Of a stretch of DNA of 56,793 nt, positions 35,918 to 48,500 are shown in pieces. The notes under the pieces were generated by a model. That model made no database searches, was not told where the DNA came from, and was given only the letters and a program-made list of their open reading frames with translations. This DNA comes from Octopus bimaculoides (lineage: Eukaryota): the NCBI RefSeq assembly GCF_001194135.2, contig NC_069009.1, forward strand, positions 4,744,677 through 4,801,469, read 5' to 3'. Both the position numbers and the translations under genes were made by a program. The number at the start of each line of letters is the position of its first letter. Within the stretch, counting starts at the first letter, position 1.

Positions 35918-36734
35918 AAGTAGAGGATAAAAGCACAGCTTGACTTACCAGCATGAAAGCCAGTCAAGGCGGCGCTAGCATCGGCCACGTTTGAATGGTG
36001 CTTTTTACGTGCCACCAGCACGTGGATCACAACTACAATTTCCATTTTATTTTGATGTTTTTGACTCAATAAGTTTCTTCAAGCACAGCATGTCACCCTG
36101 CAATCCAAGGTACTTTTGAGTGGGCTGGTTATGCGACAATGGTGTAGGCTTAAGCTGTGAACTCACTTTATGTGATGGGTCTTCACAGATACAGCATATC
36201 TCCAGAGACGCTGGTCTTTCGTTATTGCCTCTGTGAGGCCCAACATTCGAAGGTCATGCTTCACCACCTCATCCCATGTCTTCCTGGGTCTTCCATGATA
36301 AACATGTCTGGCCATGAGGAAATACTACCTTCTTTGAACTAGGGGAGGGTTGGTGACAGGTAAAGCATCCAGCTGTAAGAATTCTGCCTCAATAAAATTC
36401 CTTTGACTCCAAGCAAATAAATGTTAAAATGATTAGGATATGATGGGTGTCTACCTACCAAATCCAGTCACAAGACTTTGGATGGTCAGCAGTTACAGTA
36501 GATGATACTTGTCCAAGGTGCCATGCAGTGGGATTGAACCTAGAACCATGTAGCTGAGAAGAAAACTTTTTAACCTCACAGCCATGCCTATACAGTTTAC
36601 TATAACAAAATAATTAACTAGAAAATTCTAAACACTAATATACATCACCACCCACACACAAATTACAAAACTCATATTGTAAGTTATATTAATAACTAAA
36701 TTTATTAATGATGTTGATGCTAATAATAACAATC

Positions 36735-36945
36735 CTTTTACTATAGGCACAAGGCCTGAAATTTGGGGAAGGGGACTAATTGATTACATCAACTCCAGTG
36801 TGTAACTGGTACTTATTTCATCAACCCTGAAAGGATGAAAGGTAAAGTCGACCTTAGCAGAATTTGAACTCAGAACGTAAGGACAGACAAAATTCTGTTA
36901 AGCCTGGCATGCAAATGATTCTGACGATTCACTGCCATAATAATG
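36735..36945 (-). mobile_element. SINE family B
   Basis: ggtacttatttcatcaaccctgaaaggatgaaaggtaaagtcgacc...gaatttgaactcagaacg. Confidence 0.85.
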
Positions 36946-37049
36946 ATAATTATTATTATCATTATTATGATAATGTATATCTGAAATATACTCAACTGCT
37001 CTCAGAAATAATACTTAAAATGAACCCAACTGCTCTCAAAAATTAAGTA

Positions 37050-37252
37050 AAAAAACAGGAAAGCAATCCAGAATCCTTGTCCAGTACCATATCATTTCCA
37101 AAATCTAATCAGTTTGTGCCAGTCACGAGGCCAAACATCCCTGAAAGTTTCATCGGAATCCATCCAGCAGTTCTTGAGATATCTTGTCCATGGACAGACA
37201 AACAAACATGAGTGAAAACAATACCTCTGCCTTCGTTAAGGCGGAAGTAATA
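37050..37252 (+). mobile_element. Helentron/Helitron2-type non-autonomous element, 3' end
   Basis: gaaagtttcatcggaatccatccagcagttcttgagatatc...gacagacaaacaaac...gaaaacaa followed by terminal hairpin tacctctgcc-ttcgttaa-ggcggaagta (37222-37249), the architecture I recall for HINE-like ends. Confidence 0.6.
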
Positions 37253-37470
37253 ATCCTTTCTACTATAGGCTCAAGAACTGTGATTTTAGGGGAGGGGACT
37301 AAGTTAGTTATATTGATCCCCAAGCACACAACTGGTGCTCACTTCAGTGACCCTGAAAGGATGAAAGGCAAAGCCAACCTCAGCGGAACTTGAACTCTGA
37401 ACGCAGCGGCAGATGAAATACCGCTAAGCATTTAACCCAGCCTGCTAATGATTCTGCCAGCTCACTACCT
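37253..37470 (-). mobile_element. SINE family B
   Basis: Reverse complement ending ...gattctgccagctcac. Confidence 0.85.
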
Positions 37471-39189
37471 GAATAATGAATAAAATTATTATCTTTATCT
37501 CCTAATATAATAACGAGTGTAGTGTTTTTATATATTTGTATATATATATATGTGTATGTGTGTGTGTATATATGTGTGTTTGTGTCCGTGTGTGTGGGTG
37601 TGGGTGTGTGTGTGTGTGTGNNNNNNNNNNNNNNNNNNNNNNNNNNNNNNNNNNNNNNNNNNNNNNNNNNNNNNNNNNNNNNNNNNNNNNNNNNNNNNNN
37701 NNNNNNNNNNNNNNNNNNNNNNNNNNNNNNNNNNNNNNNNNNNNNNNNNNNNNNNNNNNNNNNNNNNNNNNNNNNNNNNNNNNNNNNNNNNNNNNNNNNN
37801 NNNNNNNNNNNNNNNNNNNNNNNNNNNNNNNNNNNNNNNNNNNNNNNNNNNNNNNNNNNNNNNNNNNNNNNNNNNNNNNNNNNNNNNNNNNNNNNNNNNN
37901 NNNNNNNNNNNNNNNNNNNNNNNNNNNNNNNNNNNNNNNNNNNNNNNNNNNNNNNNNNNNNNNNNNNNNNNNNNNNNNNNNNNNNNNNNNNNNNNNNNNN
38001 NNNNNNNNNNNNNNNNNNNNNNNNNNNNNNNNNNNNNNNNNNNNNNNNNNNNNNNNNNNNNNNNNNNNNNNNNNNNNNNNNNNNNNNNNNNNNNNNNNNN
38101 NNNNNNNNNNNNNNNNNNNNNNNNNNNNNNNNNNNNNNNNNNNNNNNNNNNNNNNNATTTTTGGTTGGTCTGTGACAGTCTGTCATGGTTCACTGGTTTT
38201 TGGGACTGGTTTTGTGCACATCTCTATGTGTGTGTATATATGTGTGTTTGTGTCCGTGTGTGTGGGTGTGGGTGTGTGTGTGTGTGTGTGCCGTTTTTAT
38301 TGGTCCCAGAGTTTATTGTGGAATGTGTATATGAGTGTTTTTTGTGTCGGTGGGGATGTTAGGTGTGTGTACGTGAGGGTGTGCGTATATCTCTTTGTCT
38401 GAGTGTGTATGTGTTGTTTTGATATATATATATATTTGTTCAGAATCACACCAGATGCAGAAGAGGAAAGAAAATAGTAATTCAGTGAAGGAGGAATAGT
38501 GAGAATACTATACGTGACGGAGAGGGAGTGAGAGAAAGTAATAGCAATGAGAGAAAGGAAGGGATGGTAAACGAATAAGGGCAGGAAAGGGTGAAAAAAT
38601 AATCAGTGTTTCAACTCTGTGTGAGTATATGTGTGTACGCGTGTGCATGTACAAGGAAAATATGTGACTGCTTGTATGTGTTATTATTATGTATCTTATT
38701 TTGTATCTTACTTGTATGTAAAATATTACAATTAGCCATTAATTATTGACAGCACGTGGTTAGCTAGTTGATAATAATAATGATGATGATTATGATGATG
38801 GTGATGATAGCAGTAATAATGTTAATTATAATAATGACTATAAACTCAACATTGTGGCATCAAACCTCGCACCGAACAGCACGTGTTCCTAAAAACACAA
38901 TCAAGAAACTATAAACATTCCCCAAGAAAAATTAAATATTAATAGCTAAAATTCTATGCGAATCTTGACACCTTGCCAGCATTCAGCTGTTTAACACCTC
39001 CTAAGCCAAACCTAGCTATTCCCAAATTGCTGTAAAAGACAGAAATCTAAGAACCCCCAGTCATAAAAATGCTCAAACAAGGTGATACCATAACTGTCGT
39101 TAAACACCATTTTATTTCGAGTCATTCCTTGCAACTATAAGACAACAATAAGTGCCACTGATGCTGTTGTTACCATTAGACAACTTGTA

Positions 39190-39228
39190 TTCCTGATGAT
39201 GAGACTGAGAGAGCCTTGCAACATTGAA
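39190..39228 (+). ncRNA. Strongly decayed minimal hammerhead-like motif
   Basis: UUC-CUGAUGA-U-GAGAC(ugagaga)GCCUU-GCA-ACAU-U-GAA. Same layout as the other motifs but with A13C, a stem II mismatch and ACGU>ACAU. Confidence 0.3.
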
Positions 39229-39478
39229 GAAAGGTAATCAATGTTTTTAATCTTTTTATATTTTACATGTTTCAGTTATTGGATTGTGGCCATGCTGGCG
39301 CACCACCTTGAAGGGCTTAGTCAAACAAATTATCCCCAGTGCTTATTTGCTGGTAATTATTCTATATGTTGCTTTTGCCAAACTGCTAAGTTACAGGAAC
39401 ATGAACACACCAACACTGAGGGGGAAAATACAACACAAACGCAATGACACACACATAGATATAAATACATACATATAT

Positions 39479-39882
39479 AGGTGAAGGAGTGGCTGTGTGG
39501 TAAGTAGCTTACTTACCAACCACATGGTCCCGGGTTCAGTCCCACTGCATGGCACCTTGGGAAAGTGTCTTCTACTATAGCTTCGGGCCGACCAAAGCCT
39601 TGTGAGTGGATTTAGTAGACGGAAACTGAAAGAAGCCCATTGTATATGTGTATATATATATGTGTGTGTGTGTGTGTTTGTGTGTCTGTGCACCCCAACA
39701 TTGCTTGACAACCAATGCTGGTGTGTTTATGTCCCTGTAACTTAGCGATTCGGTAAAATAGACCGACAGAATAAGTACTAGGCTTATAAAGAATAATTCC
39801 AGGGGTCAATTTGTTCGACTAAAGGCGGTGCTCCAGCATGGCCACAGTCAAAATGACTGAAACAAGCAAAAGAGTAAAAGAG
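39479..39882 (+). mobile_element. SINE family A, full length, with A fragments on the minus strand at 39255-39430 and 40003-40093
   Basis: Complete head, body and tail. Confidence 0.9.
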
Positions 39883-39968
39883 TGTATATTTTTAATAATT
39901 AAGGATAAAATCTTCAAAATTTTCTCAAGTAGTCAGTATGTATAAGTAATATTTAATACAAATATATA

Positions 39969-40007
<39 letters not shown>

Positions 40008-40863
40008 GACACTTACCCAAGGTGCCATGCAGTGGGACTGAACCCAAGACCATGTGGTTGGGAAGCAAGCTTCTTACCACACAGCCACGCCTGAACCTAA
40101 TATAACACACACACACACACACAGATATGTATATACACAAAGAAGTGATACAGTAAGGAATATTTCTGCCACCCCATCTACCCCATGGTGGGATTCTCAT
40201 ATTCTCATGGCGTTTGTCCAAGCTCATATCATTTGATTTACTTTGTGAAATATCCAGTGACTGATATCTGTCCGTGGTGATATCTGTGTGAGATAAACAC
40301 TGCTGGAAGGAAACTGATATCGTTTCGGACACTTTAGTGTGATAATTTACGATGTATAAAAGTGATACATCGATATCAAATGGGGAGATACATAATCTCA
40401 TTTCTGATTAAGTTAGAGGATAACCATTCCGCTGGGGATAGCTTGATATCACAAACACATGTGTGTGTGAGTGTATANNNNNNNNNNNNNNNNNNNNNNN
40501 NNNNNNNNNNNNNNNNNNNNNNNATACATATATATATAACTATATATATATAGTTATACATATATGTATGTATGTGTATATATATATGTATATACATATA
40601 TATGCAAGCATACACAAACACACATATATACACCTATGGACTTATACTAACACATACTATATTTATAGACACTCAAACATATCTGCTTCAAACAAAACAA
40701 GACATAATAAACATAATACCATGAGTATGGATATGTGTGTATACACACGGCCAGATATATACAGTATTATATACATATATATACATACATATATATATAT
40801 ATATACAGTATTATTTCATTTTATCCAGTTTCAGCTCATGAACTGTGGCCATGTATATATATG

Positions 40864-40896
<33 letters not shown>

Positions 40897-41047
40897 ATAT
40901 ATATATTATGTTATAAATATATGTATTATACATAAATATATTTGATATATATATATATATATATATATAAAATACTGTATATATATGTATGTATGTATAT
41001 ATATATATTATATTATATTATGTTATAAATATATGTATTATACATAC

Positions 41048-41100
<53 letters not shown>

Positions 41101-41647
41101 NNNNNNNNNNNNNNNNNNNNNNNNNNNNNNNNNNNNNNNNNNNNNNNNNNNNNNNNNNNNNNNNNNNNNNNNNNNNNNNNNNNNNNNNNNNNNNNNNNNN
41201 NNNNNNNNNNNNNNNNNNNNNNNNNNNNNNNNNNNNNNNNNNNNNNNNNNNNNNNNNNNNNNNNNNNNNNNNNNNNNNNNNNNNNNNNNNNNNNNNNNNN
41301 NNNNNNNNNNNNNNNNNNNNNNNNNNNNNNNNNNNNNNNNNNNNNNNNNNNNNNNNNNNNNNNNNNNNNNNNNNNNNNNNNNNNNNNNNNNNNNNNNNNN
41401 NNNNNNNNNNNNNNNNNNNNNNNNNNNNNNNNNNNNNNNNNNNNNNNNNNNNNNNNNNNNNNNNNNNNNNNNNNNNNNNNNNNNNNNNNNNNNNNNNNNN
41501 NNNNNNNNNNNNNNNNNNNNNNNNNNNNNNNNNNNNNNNNNNNNNNNNNNNNNNNNNNNNNNNNNNNNNNNNNNNNNNNNNNNNNNNNNNNNNNNNNNNN
41601 NNNNNNNNNNNNNNNNNNNNNNNNNNNNNNNNNNNNNNNNNNNNNNN

Positions 41648-41694
<47 letters not shown>

Positions 41695-42334
41695 ACATAC
41701 ATACATGCTCACATACACATATACAAGTTGCATTGCAGACGTTTGGAGTTTTTTTTTTAATGATATGCACTTATAACTGTCCTAGATTATTGTAATTTTA
41801 TTATATCGTTACAATTCATCTAATAAGCTGACTTGCCATCTTTTGTTATTCCAGATTGAAGGAGACGGCTGTAGGAGCACTTCTGAATGTACCCCACTAA
41901 ACACTGCTCATCACACCTCACTAGTTTGTAGGATTCAGTTGAGATGTTAACCCATTACCTACCAGTGATCTCATATGAGATCACTTAAAAATTACAAATT
42001 TCGTAATTATCTGTCAATATTTACATATATCTAACCTTTTTGCTATATCTACTAGGTATATTTCTTTGATATTCAAATGAGGTTTGCTAATTTTTCACCC
42101 AATATCTCGCTTATTTCTATTTAAAATGTTATTTTGAAATGTTATTTTAATCATTCCAGTGTGTTTCTAAGGCTGTTTTATGCTAGAAATCAAAGTTTCA
42201 TTAAAAAATTCCAGTTAATAAAATTATTGGAAGTAATGGATTAAGACAACTTCAAGGTTCACTAAATGGTAAATTCTGGCATTAAACTAGGCAAAAACAC
42301 AAACGAGATGGTATCCAAAAGTGCATGGTCTACT

Positions 42335-42930
42335 CTCTCTTTTAACTCTTTTACTTGTTTCAGTCATTTAACTGTGGCCATGCTGGAGCACTGCCTTTAG
42401 TTGAGCAAATTGACCCCAGGGCTTATTCTTTGTAAGAATAGTATTTATTCTATCGGTCTCTTTTGCCGAACTGCTAAGTTACGGGGATGTAAACACACCA
42501 CCATCAGTTTTCAAGCGTTGTTGGGGGGACAAACACAGACACTCAAACATATACACACATAAATATATATAGGGAGAATTCACAAAAAAAACAACAGACG
42601 AAGACAGGTGGTGTTGAAAACAAACAGATGCATTAGTATAACGCTCAGGAATTGAGAAAGTCTTTAACGTTTTGAGCCTATGCTCTTCTACAGAAAGGAA
42701 CACGGAAAGAAATGAGGAGAGAAAAAAATGTGTGTAGTGGTCAGCGATCTATCATAGCAAATATAAACATATATACGACGGGCTTCTTTCAGTTTCCGTC
42801 TACCAAATCCACTCACAAGGCTTTGGTCGGCCCGAGATTATAGTAGAAGACACTTGCCCAAAGTGTCACACAGCGGGACTGAACCCAGAACCATGTGGTT
42901 GGTAAGCAAGCTACTTACCACACAGCCATG
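42335..42930 (-). mobile_element. SINE family A with element G inserted in its internal (TA)n tract
   Basis: A tail at 42335-42560 and A head/body at 42770-42930. Confidence 0.88.
42571..42762 (-). mobile_element. Short repeat G containing a hammerhead-like motif at 42662-42697
   Basis: Minus strand CUUU-CUGUAGA-A-GAGC(auag)GCUC-AAA-ACGU-U-AAAG. Stems I-III are intact but the core has A6U and G12A. It is foreign to the SINE A consensus. Confidence 0.5.
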
Positions 42931-42932
42931 TT

Positions 42933-43571
42933 TAATAAGAAAATAACTTATTTACCTAAGTTTAAACGTCATCTCCTTTGAAATAGTCACCTTGCACAGC
43001 AATAGACCTGTCCCAACAATTCGTGTCACTTTTGGAATTCAGCTTCGAAATCATTTCTCATATGAGATCAAGGACTGTTTGTGATTCACTCTGGGTCTTG
43101 ACAACACTGTTAAAACGGCAAGTTTTGAGCTGCATTTTCATCTTGGAGAAGAGATGGAAGCCTGCAGGTGATAAATCTGGTGAAGAGGATGGGTACAGAA
43201 GTGATACCATATTTCTGATGAGAAACTCATGAATGAGGAGAGCTTGGTGACAGGGTACTTTGCCATCATGAAGAATTCAGTTCCTCACACTCCACAGATC
43301 TGGTAGCTTTCACCAAATATCTTCCCTCTAACACTTCAAAAGCAGTAGAACTCTCAACTGGTGGTCTGGCCCTGGAGGATTAATTCTCAATGCACAATAC
43401 CGCAGATGTTGAGAAAGATACAATAAGCATGCTGTTGACTAAGTTGTGACTCTGTTGTGCGCTCATGCCACACGAATCATTATGTACGACCCATGGCCTC
43501 ATTGCTTGCTGAAGAATGCTCAATGCCTCTGTAGAAGACTTCCCAAGTTTAATGCAAAATTTCAAAATTTC
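42933..43571 (-). pseudogene. Internally deleted mariner transposase remnant
   Basis: LKFCIKLGKSSTEALSILQQA, YPSSSPDLSPAGFHLFSKMK (HPPYSPDLAP motif) and RSIAVQGDYFKGD. Confidence 0.9.
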
Positions 43572-44399
43572 CTTCCCAACCACATGGTTCCAGGTTCAGT
43601 TCCACTATATGGCACCTTGTGTGAGTGGATTTTATAGACAGAAACTGAAAGAAGGGGTTTCTTTCAGTTTCCATCTGAAAATAATCCCTTCTTGTAAAAA
43701 TGCAATATTGTATATATACATGTGTGTGTGTGTGTGTCTGTGCATGTGTGCGTCCTTGTGTCTGTTTGTCCCCCACCACTGACTGACAACAGGTGTCCGT
43801 GTGTTCACATCCCTGTAACTTAGCAGTTCAGCAAGAGACAGACTTAAAAAAAAAGAAAAAAACTTGGGTCAATACGTATGACTAAAAATTCTTCAAGGCA
43901 GTGCCCCAAGTAAAAGAAATAAAACCAAACAGATATGGAGATGAGAATCCAAAGTTCTGACAGCTTCTTGGACTCCAACGCTAACCGAGATACTAAAGTT
44001 AATTGATAATGGTTGCAAGTTATTGAAAGGATGTAACTTAGGCCACAAAGAAAATCGGTTATTTGACCACAGGTCAATAGGGAGAACCGTCATGCTTCAA
44101 TNNNNNNNNNNTATATATATATATATATACGTATACACACACGCGCGCGCATAATACACATGTATATACACAAACACATGCATAGATGAATATGTTTATG
44201 TAGAAATAGAAATATATATATATTCGTGAAGTAAAATTGCGTAGCAACACCAAATGGCGGTGCCCCAGCATGGCCACAGCTCATGAGCTGAAACTAGATA
44301 AAATGAAAAAGAAAAAAAAAATAATAAATAAATTTTAAAAATGCATAAAAAAATATGCACAGATATATGATGAGCAATGGGCGTATACACACACTCGCA

Positions 44400-44930
44400 C
44401 ACACGCGTACACACACGCACAAATAAACGACACATGTACACAAGCGCGGAGAATGGGCAGGTGGAGGGAGGAGCAATGTTAAAAAGAGTACATGCGTGAC
44501 GGAGAGGGAGTGAGGGTGAAAGAAAAAAAGAAAAAGAAAAGAAAAGAAAGAAAGAGACGAGTGAGCTGAAAGAGTGGAGGAGCCGAATAAGTGAATGAAT
44601 GAATGAATGAGTGAGTGAAGATGTGTAACAGTGGAGTGGGGACTTAACTGTAGGATAAATAGCGAAGAGACCGGTTCGGTTAAAAGACTTTGGAATGTAC
44701 AACACTGTGTCTAAGCATCTCTCTCTCTCTCTCTTTCTCTCTGATGTAACCTCGTGGACATCGGTGGCGAATTTTTCTTCCTCCGTTTTCCCCTTCTTTG
44801 GACTTTCCTTGTTTCCGACGAAGAGCTCCGCTCGAAACGTCATATTCTCTCTCTTTCCTTTCCAGAGATATCACGTCCTCACGTTGTTGTTTTTTGTCTT
44901 TTTTCCTTTTTTTGAACCTATATATATATA
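44400..44930 (+). mobile_element. Longest family F copy (Penelope-like terminal region) with hammerhead-like motif at 44811-44845
   Basis: GUUU-CCGACGA-A-GAGC(ucc)GCUC-GAA-ACGU-C-AUAU with GUC triplet. The upstream purine-rich segment shares cgtgacggagagggagtgag with 38515-38534. Confidence 0.6.
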
Positions 44931-45005
44931 TATGTCATACTAATATATCCTTTTGTTATTTACACCACCTGTCCTCGTCTGTTGTTATTATTTGTATATT
45001 CTCCC

Positions 45006-45054
<49 letters not shown>

Positions 45055-45247
45055 TACACATATTTAAGAACATACATAATGTGTATATATGTGTATGTGT
45101 GTGTGTGTTTTTGTGAATACATATATGTATATATGTGTAGTATGGGGGCTTAAACCATAAATATGTTTATATATATATATATATATATATATCCATATGT
45201 ATATACATACATGTAGATAAATGTAAATGAAATTGTTCATGTATACA

Positions 45248-45285
<38 letters not shown>

Positions 45286-45357
45286 TACACACACTTATAA
45301 GCATATTTATATGTCTATATTAGTTTCTGTGTTTATATGTATGTATCTATCTAACCA

Positions 45358-45394
<37 letters not shown>

Positions 45395-45416
45395 ATGTAC
45401 ATATAAAAAGAGAGAG

Positions 45417-45452
<36 letters not shown>

Positions 45453-45475
45453 CCGTGTTCATTTATATGTATATG

Positions 45476-45516
<41 letters not shown>

Positions 45517-46426
45517 TTATATACACACACACACACACACATATATATGCATGTATGTTCAAATATACACCCACATGCCACTACAGATACATACATGCAA
45601 ACACATACAAAATATCTTTCATATTCACACCCTACACTACAGGAACCACAATACGCAACGATTCTCACAACTCTCCATTGTGATTTACCGTTTGTTCATT
45701 CTTATATTATTTGCTTACCATTATTCCTCATTCTTCATTCTTCTACTTCTTCTATTTACAAAACAAAAGACGGTTACAAAAGTTTTTGCCATTTTTCGCC
45801 GCTGCTACACAGATCTGAAGAAAGTGCTGACATACGACCAGATTTATTTAGTTCACGCAGCACCGATACACACCTCATAATGTGTTAAGTTAATTTACTT
45901 GCAACAAATGGCAATCGCTTTAGATTCTGTATCTGAAATCTGAAAGTGAAAGTAGAAAGTGAAAGTAGAACAGTATGGTAGGTCTTCTGTGTGTTCTTGC
46001 ATTGGATGGAGATTATGAGAAGAGCAGCATTCATTTTGATAACAAATCTATCGAATGTCCTTTGATTTGATTACACTCGTTCTACCAGGCCACAATGCTT
46101 GTGTGTGGGGGTGAAAGTTGTGTGTGTAGGTGGAAGTTGTATGTGTATATGTGAGTGTATAGTATGTGTGATTGTGTATGGATGGATGTGAATGCATGTG
46201 TGTGTATATGTATTATCTCGCATATATATATGTATATGAATATATACTATATATATATATATATATAAATATATAGACACATGAATAAACTAATTTGTAA
46301 ACATATGCCCGTATATGCAACAAGTATGTGTGTGCATACATGTGTATATGTGTCTGTAAATACATAAAAAGATACATGTGTGAGTTCTAGGATGGTGGTA
46401 TGTATATATATTTATATGCATACATA

Positions 46427-46470
<44 letters not shown>

Positions 46471-46567
46471 CACGCATACACACACACATATATATATGTA
46501 TGTATGTACCTAAACATAAAATAGATCTATATATACATACATAAGTGTATGTGAGTGAGTTTTCATA

Positions 46568-46602
<35 letters not shown>

Positions 46603-46694
46603 ACATGTGTAAGCTTGTGTAAGTAAATTGCTTGTGTGTCTGTATAGGGATTTATGCAGATACATGCACATACATATATAATGCAAATACATAA

Positions 46695-46759
<65 letters not shown>

Positions 46760-47034
46760 AACATAGGCATGTGTATGTATGTAACTATCTCTCTATCAAT
46801 CTATATACCAATCTGTCTTTGTGTGTGTGTGTGCATGTATGTATATACGTGTGAAAGGCAGCAAGATAGTAGAATTGGTAGCATGTTGAAACAAAATACT
46901 TAGCAGCATTTCTTGCAGCATCTTATGTTCTGAGTTCAAATCCCACTGAGGTAAATTTTGCCTTTCATCCCTTTGGAGTCAATGAAACAAAGAACTAGTC
47001 AAATCCTGGGGTCAATGAATCATATATATAAGAT

Positions 47035-47235
47035 GGTGCCATGTAAATAGCACCCGTGAGTTGTATTTCTGGTTGTTGATGGTGCCATGCAAATGGCACC
47101 AATGAATCACAATCCTGGTTGTTGCTGGTACCATGTAAAGGACACCTATGAATCGTCATGGTTTCTGGCAGTACCTTGAAAATGGCACCAGTGTATCTTA
47201 GTCATGATCATTGCTGGTACCATGTAAACGACACC
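47035..47235 (+). repeat. Five ~46-bp units, each with a 20-bp imperfect hairpin ggtgccatgtaaatggcacc
   Basis: Starts at 47035, 47081, 47127, 47170 and 47216. Confidence 0.8.
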
Positions 47236-47254
47236 CATGCATCATAATCTTTAT

Positions 47255-47892
47255 TTTCCTAACGCTAGCTTAATGATAATGAAGTTATTTTATTAAATTC
47301 TTTGTTATATTTGAAGTAATTGAAAGAAACACAGAGCATCTCAACAGAAATATGGTAACAAAAGGGTTAAAATATATAATAGAGAAACAATTCTTAACCC
47401 TTTTGATACCAACCCGGCTGAAACCAGCTCTGACTCTGTAGTACAAATGTCTTGTTTTCAAAAGTCCTGAATTAAAATCTTCCATCCAAACCTTAGTCAC
47501 AATTTATGTTCCTAACACTAGCTTAATGATAACTAAGTTACTTTACTAAATTCTTTGTTATATTTAAAATTAATTGAAAGAAACACAGNNNNNNNNNNTT
47601 GAAGTAATTGAAAGAAACACAGAGCATCTCAACAGAAATATGGTAACAAAAGGGTTAAAATATATAATAGAGAAACAATTCTTAACCCTTTTGATACCAA
47701 CCCAGCTGAAACCAGCTCTGACTCTGTAGTACAAATGTCTTGTTTTCAAAAGTCCTGAATTAAAATCTTCCACCAAACCTTAGTCACAATTTATGTCCCT
47801 AACACTAGCTTAATGATAACTAAGTTATTTTACTAAATTCTTTGTTATATTTAAAATTAATTGAAAGAAACACAGAGCATCCCAACAGAAAT
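47255..47892. mobile_element. TTAA-flanked piggyBac-like MITE pieces in tandem; the segment after the 10-N gap is probably an unmerged allele
   Basis: Ends ttaa|cccttttgatacc and ggtaacaaaaggg|ttaa. 47599-47880 repeats ~47310-47588 with only a few differences. Confidence 0.7.
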
Positions 47893-48299
47893 ACAGAAAT
47901 GAAAGAGTCAACACAAACATATATTGGTTTAGTTAAGATAAAAACATTTTGTATCTTAATTCCACAATTATATTCATCTATATTCTATTATCAATATGTT
48001 TATATATCTATATACCTATATGTCCATGCATATTTTTAATATTTATATATTTTTATATTTCTATATATTTTTATATCTCTAATATATCATTACATGTTTC
48101 AGTTCAGACAATCCTTATTTTTCTTTAATCAAACCTGCATATATGTGTGTTAATCGTAGTCTGCCTGATTTGAACTTTTTCCATTCTATTCACTGTACTT
48201 ACCTAATGCCTCAGGTTTGATTTGAGCACTTCTATGTTTTCTATGTGTTTCGTAAGAAAATTATAACAATATTATATATATATATATATGTATATATTT

Positions 48300-48500
48300 G
48301 TGAGTGTCTTTGTGTCTGTGTTTGATGACCAATGTTGGTGTGTTTACGTCCCCGTAACTAAGCAGTTTGGCAAAGAGACCACTAGAATAAGTACTAAGCT
48401 TTAGAAAATAAACCCTGGGGTCGATTTGTTCGACTAAAAACCATTCAAGCATGACCACAGTCAAAATGAGTGAAACATATAGGAATAAAAGAATGAAAGA
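48300..48500 (+). mobile_element. SINE family A, 3' half
   Basis: gttggtgtgtttacgtccccgtaactaagcag...gggtcgatttgttcgactaaa. Confidence 0.85.

Noticed and set aside
37560-38290. Repeat of atatgtgtgtttgtgtccgtgtgtgtgggtgtggg on both sides of a gap (likewise gctagcatggg at 52794/52848)
   Set aside because: Near-identical sequence flanking N runs is most simply a scaffolding or allelic overlap.
41857-41950. Acceptor ttccag + IEGDGCRSTSECTPLN... (also 45770-45888)
   Set aside because: No convincing donor or homology.
47035-47235. CRISPR array
   Set aside because: Eukaryotic context, no cas genes, and the spacers are homologous to one another; kept only as a minisatellite.
47599-47880. Apparent recent ~280-bp segmental duplication
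   Set aside because: It begins right after a 10-N gap and differs by only a few bases from 47310-47588, typical of unmerged haplotypes.
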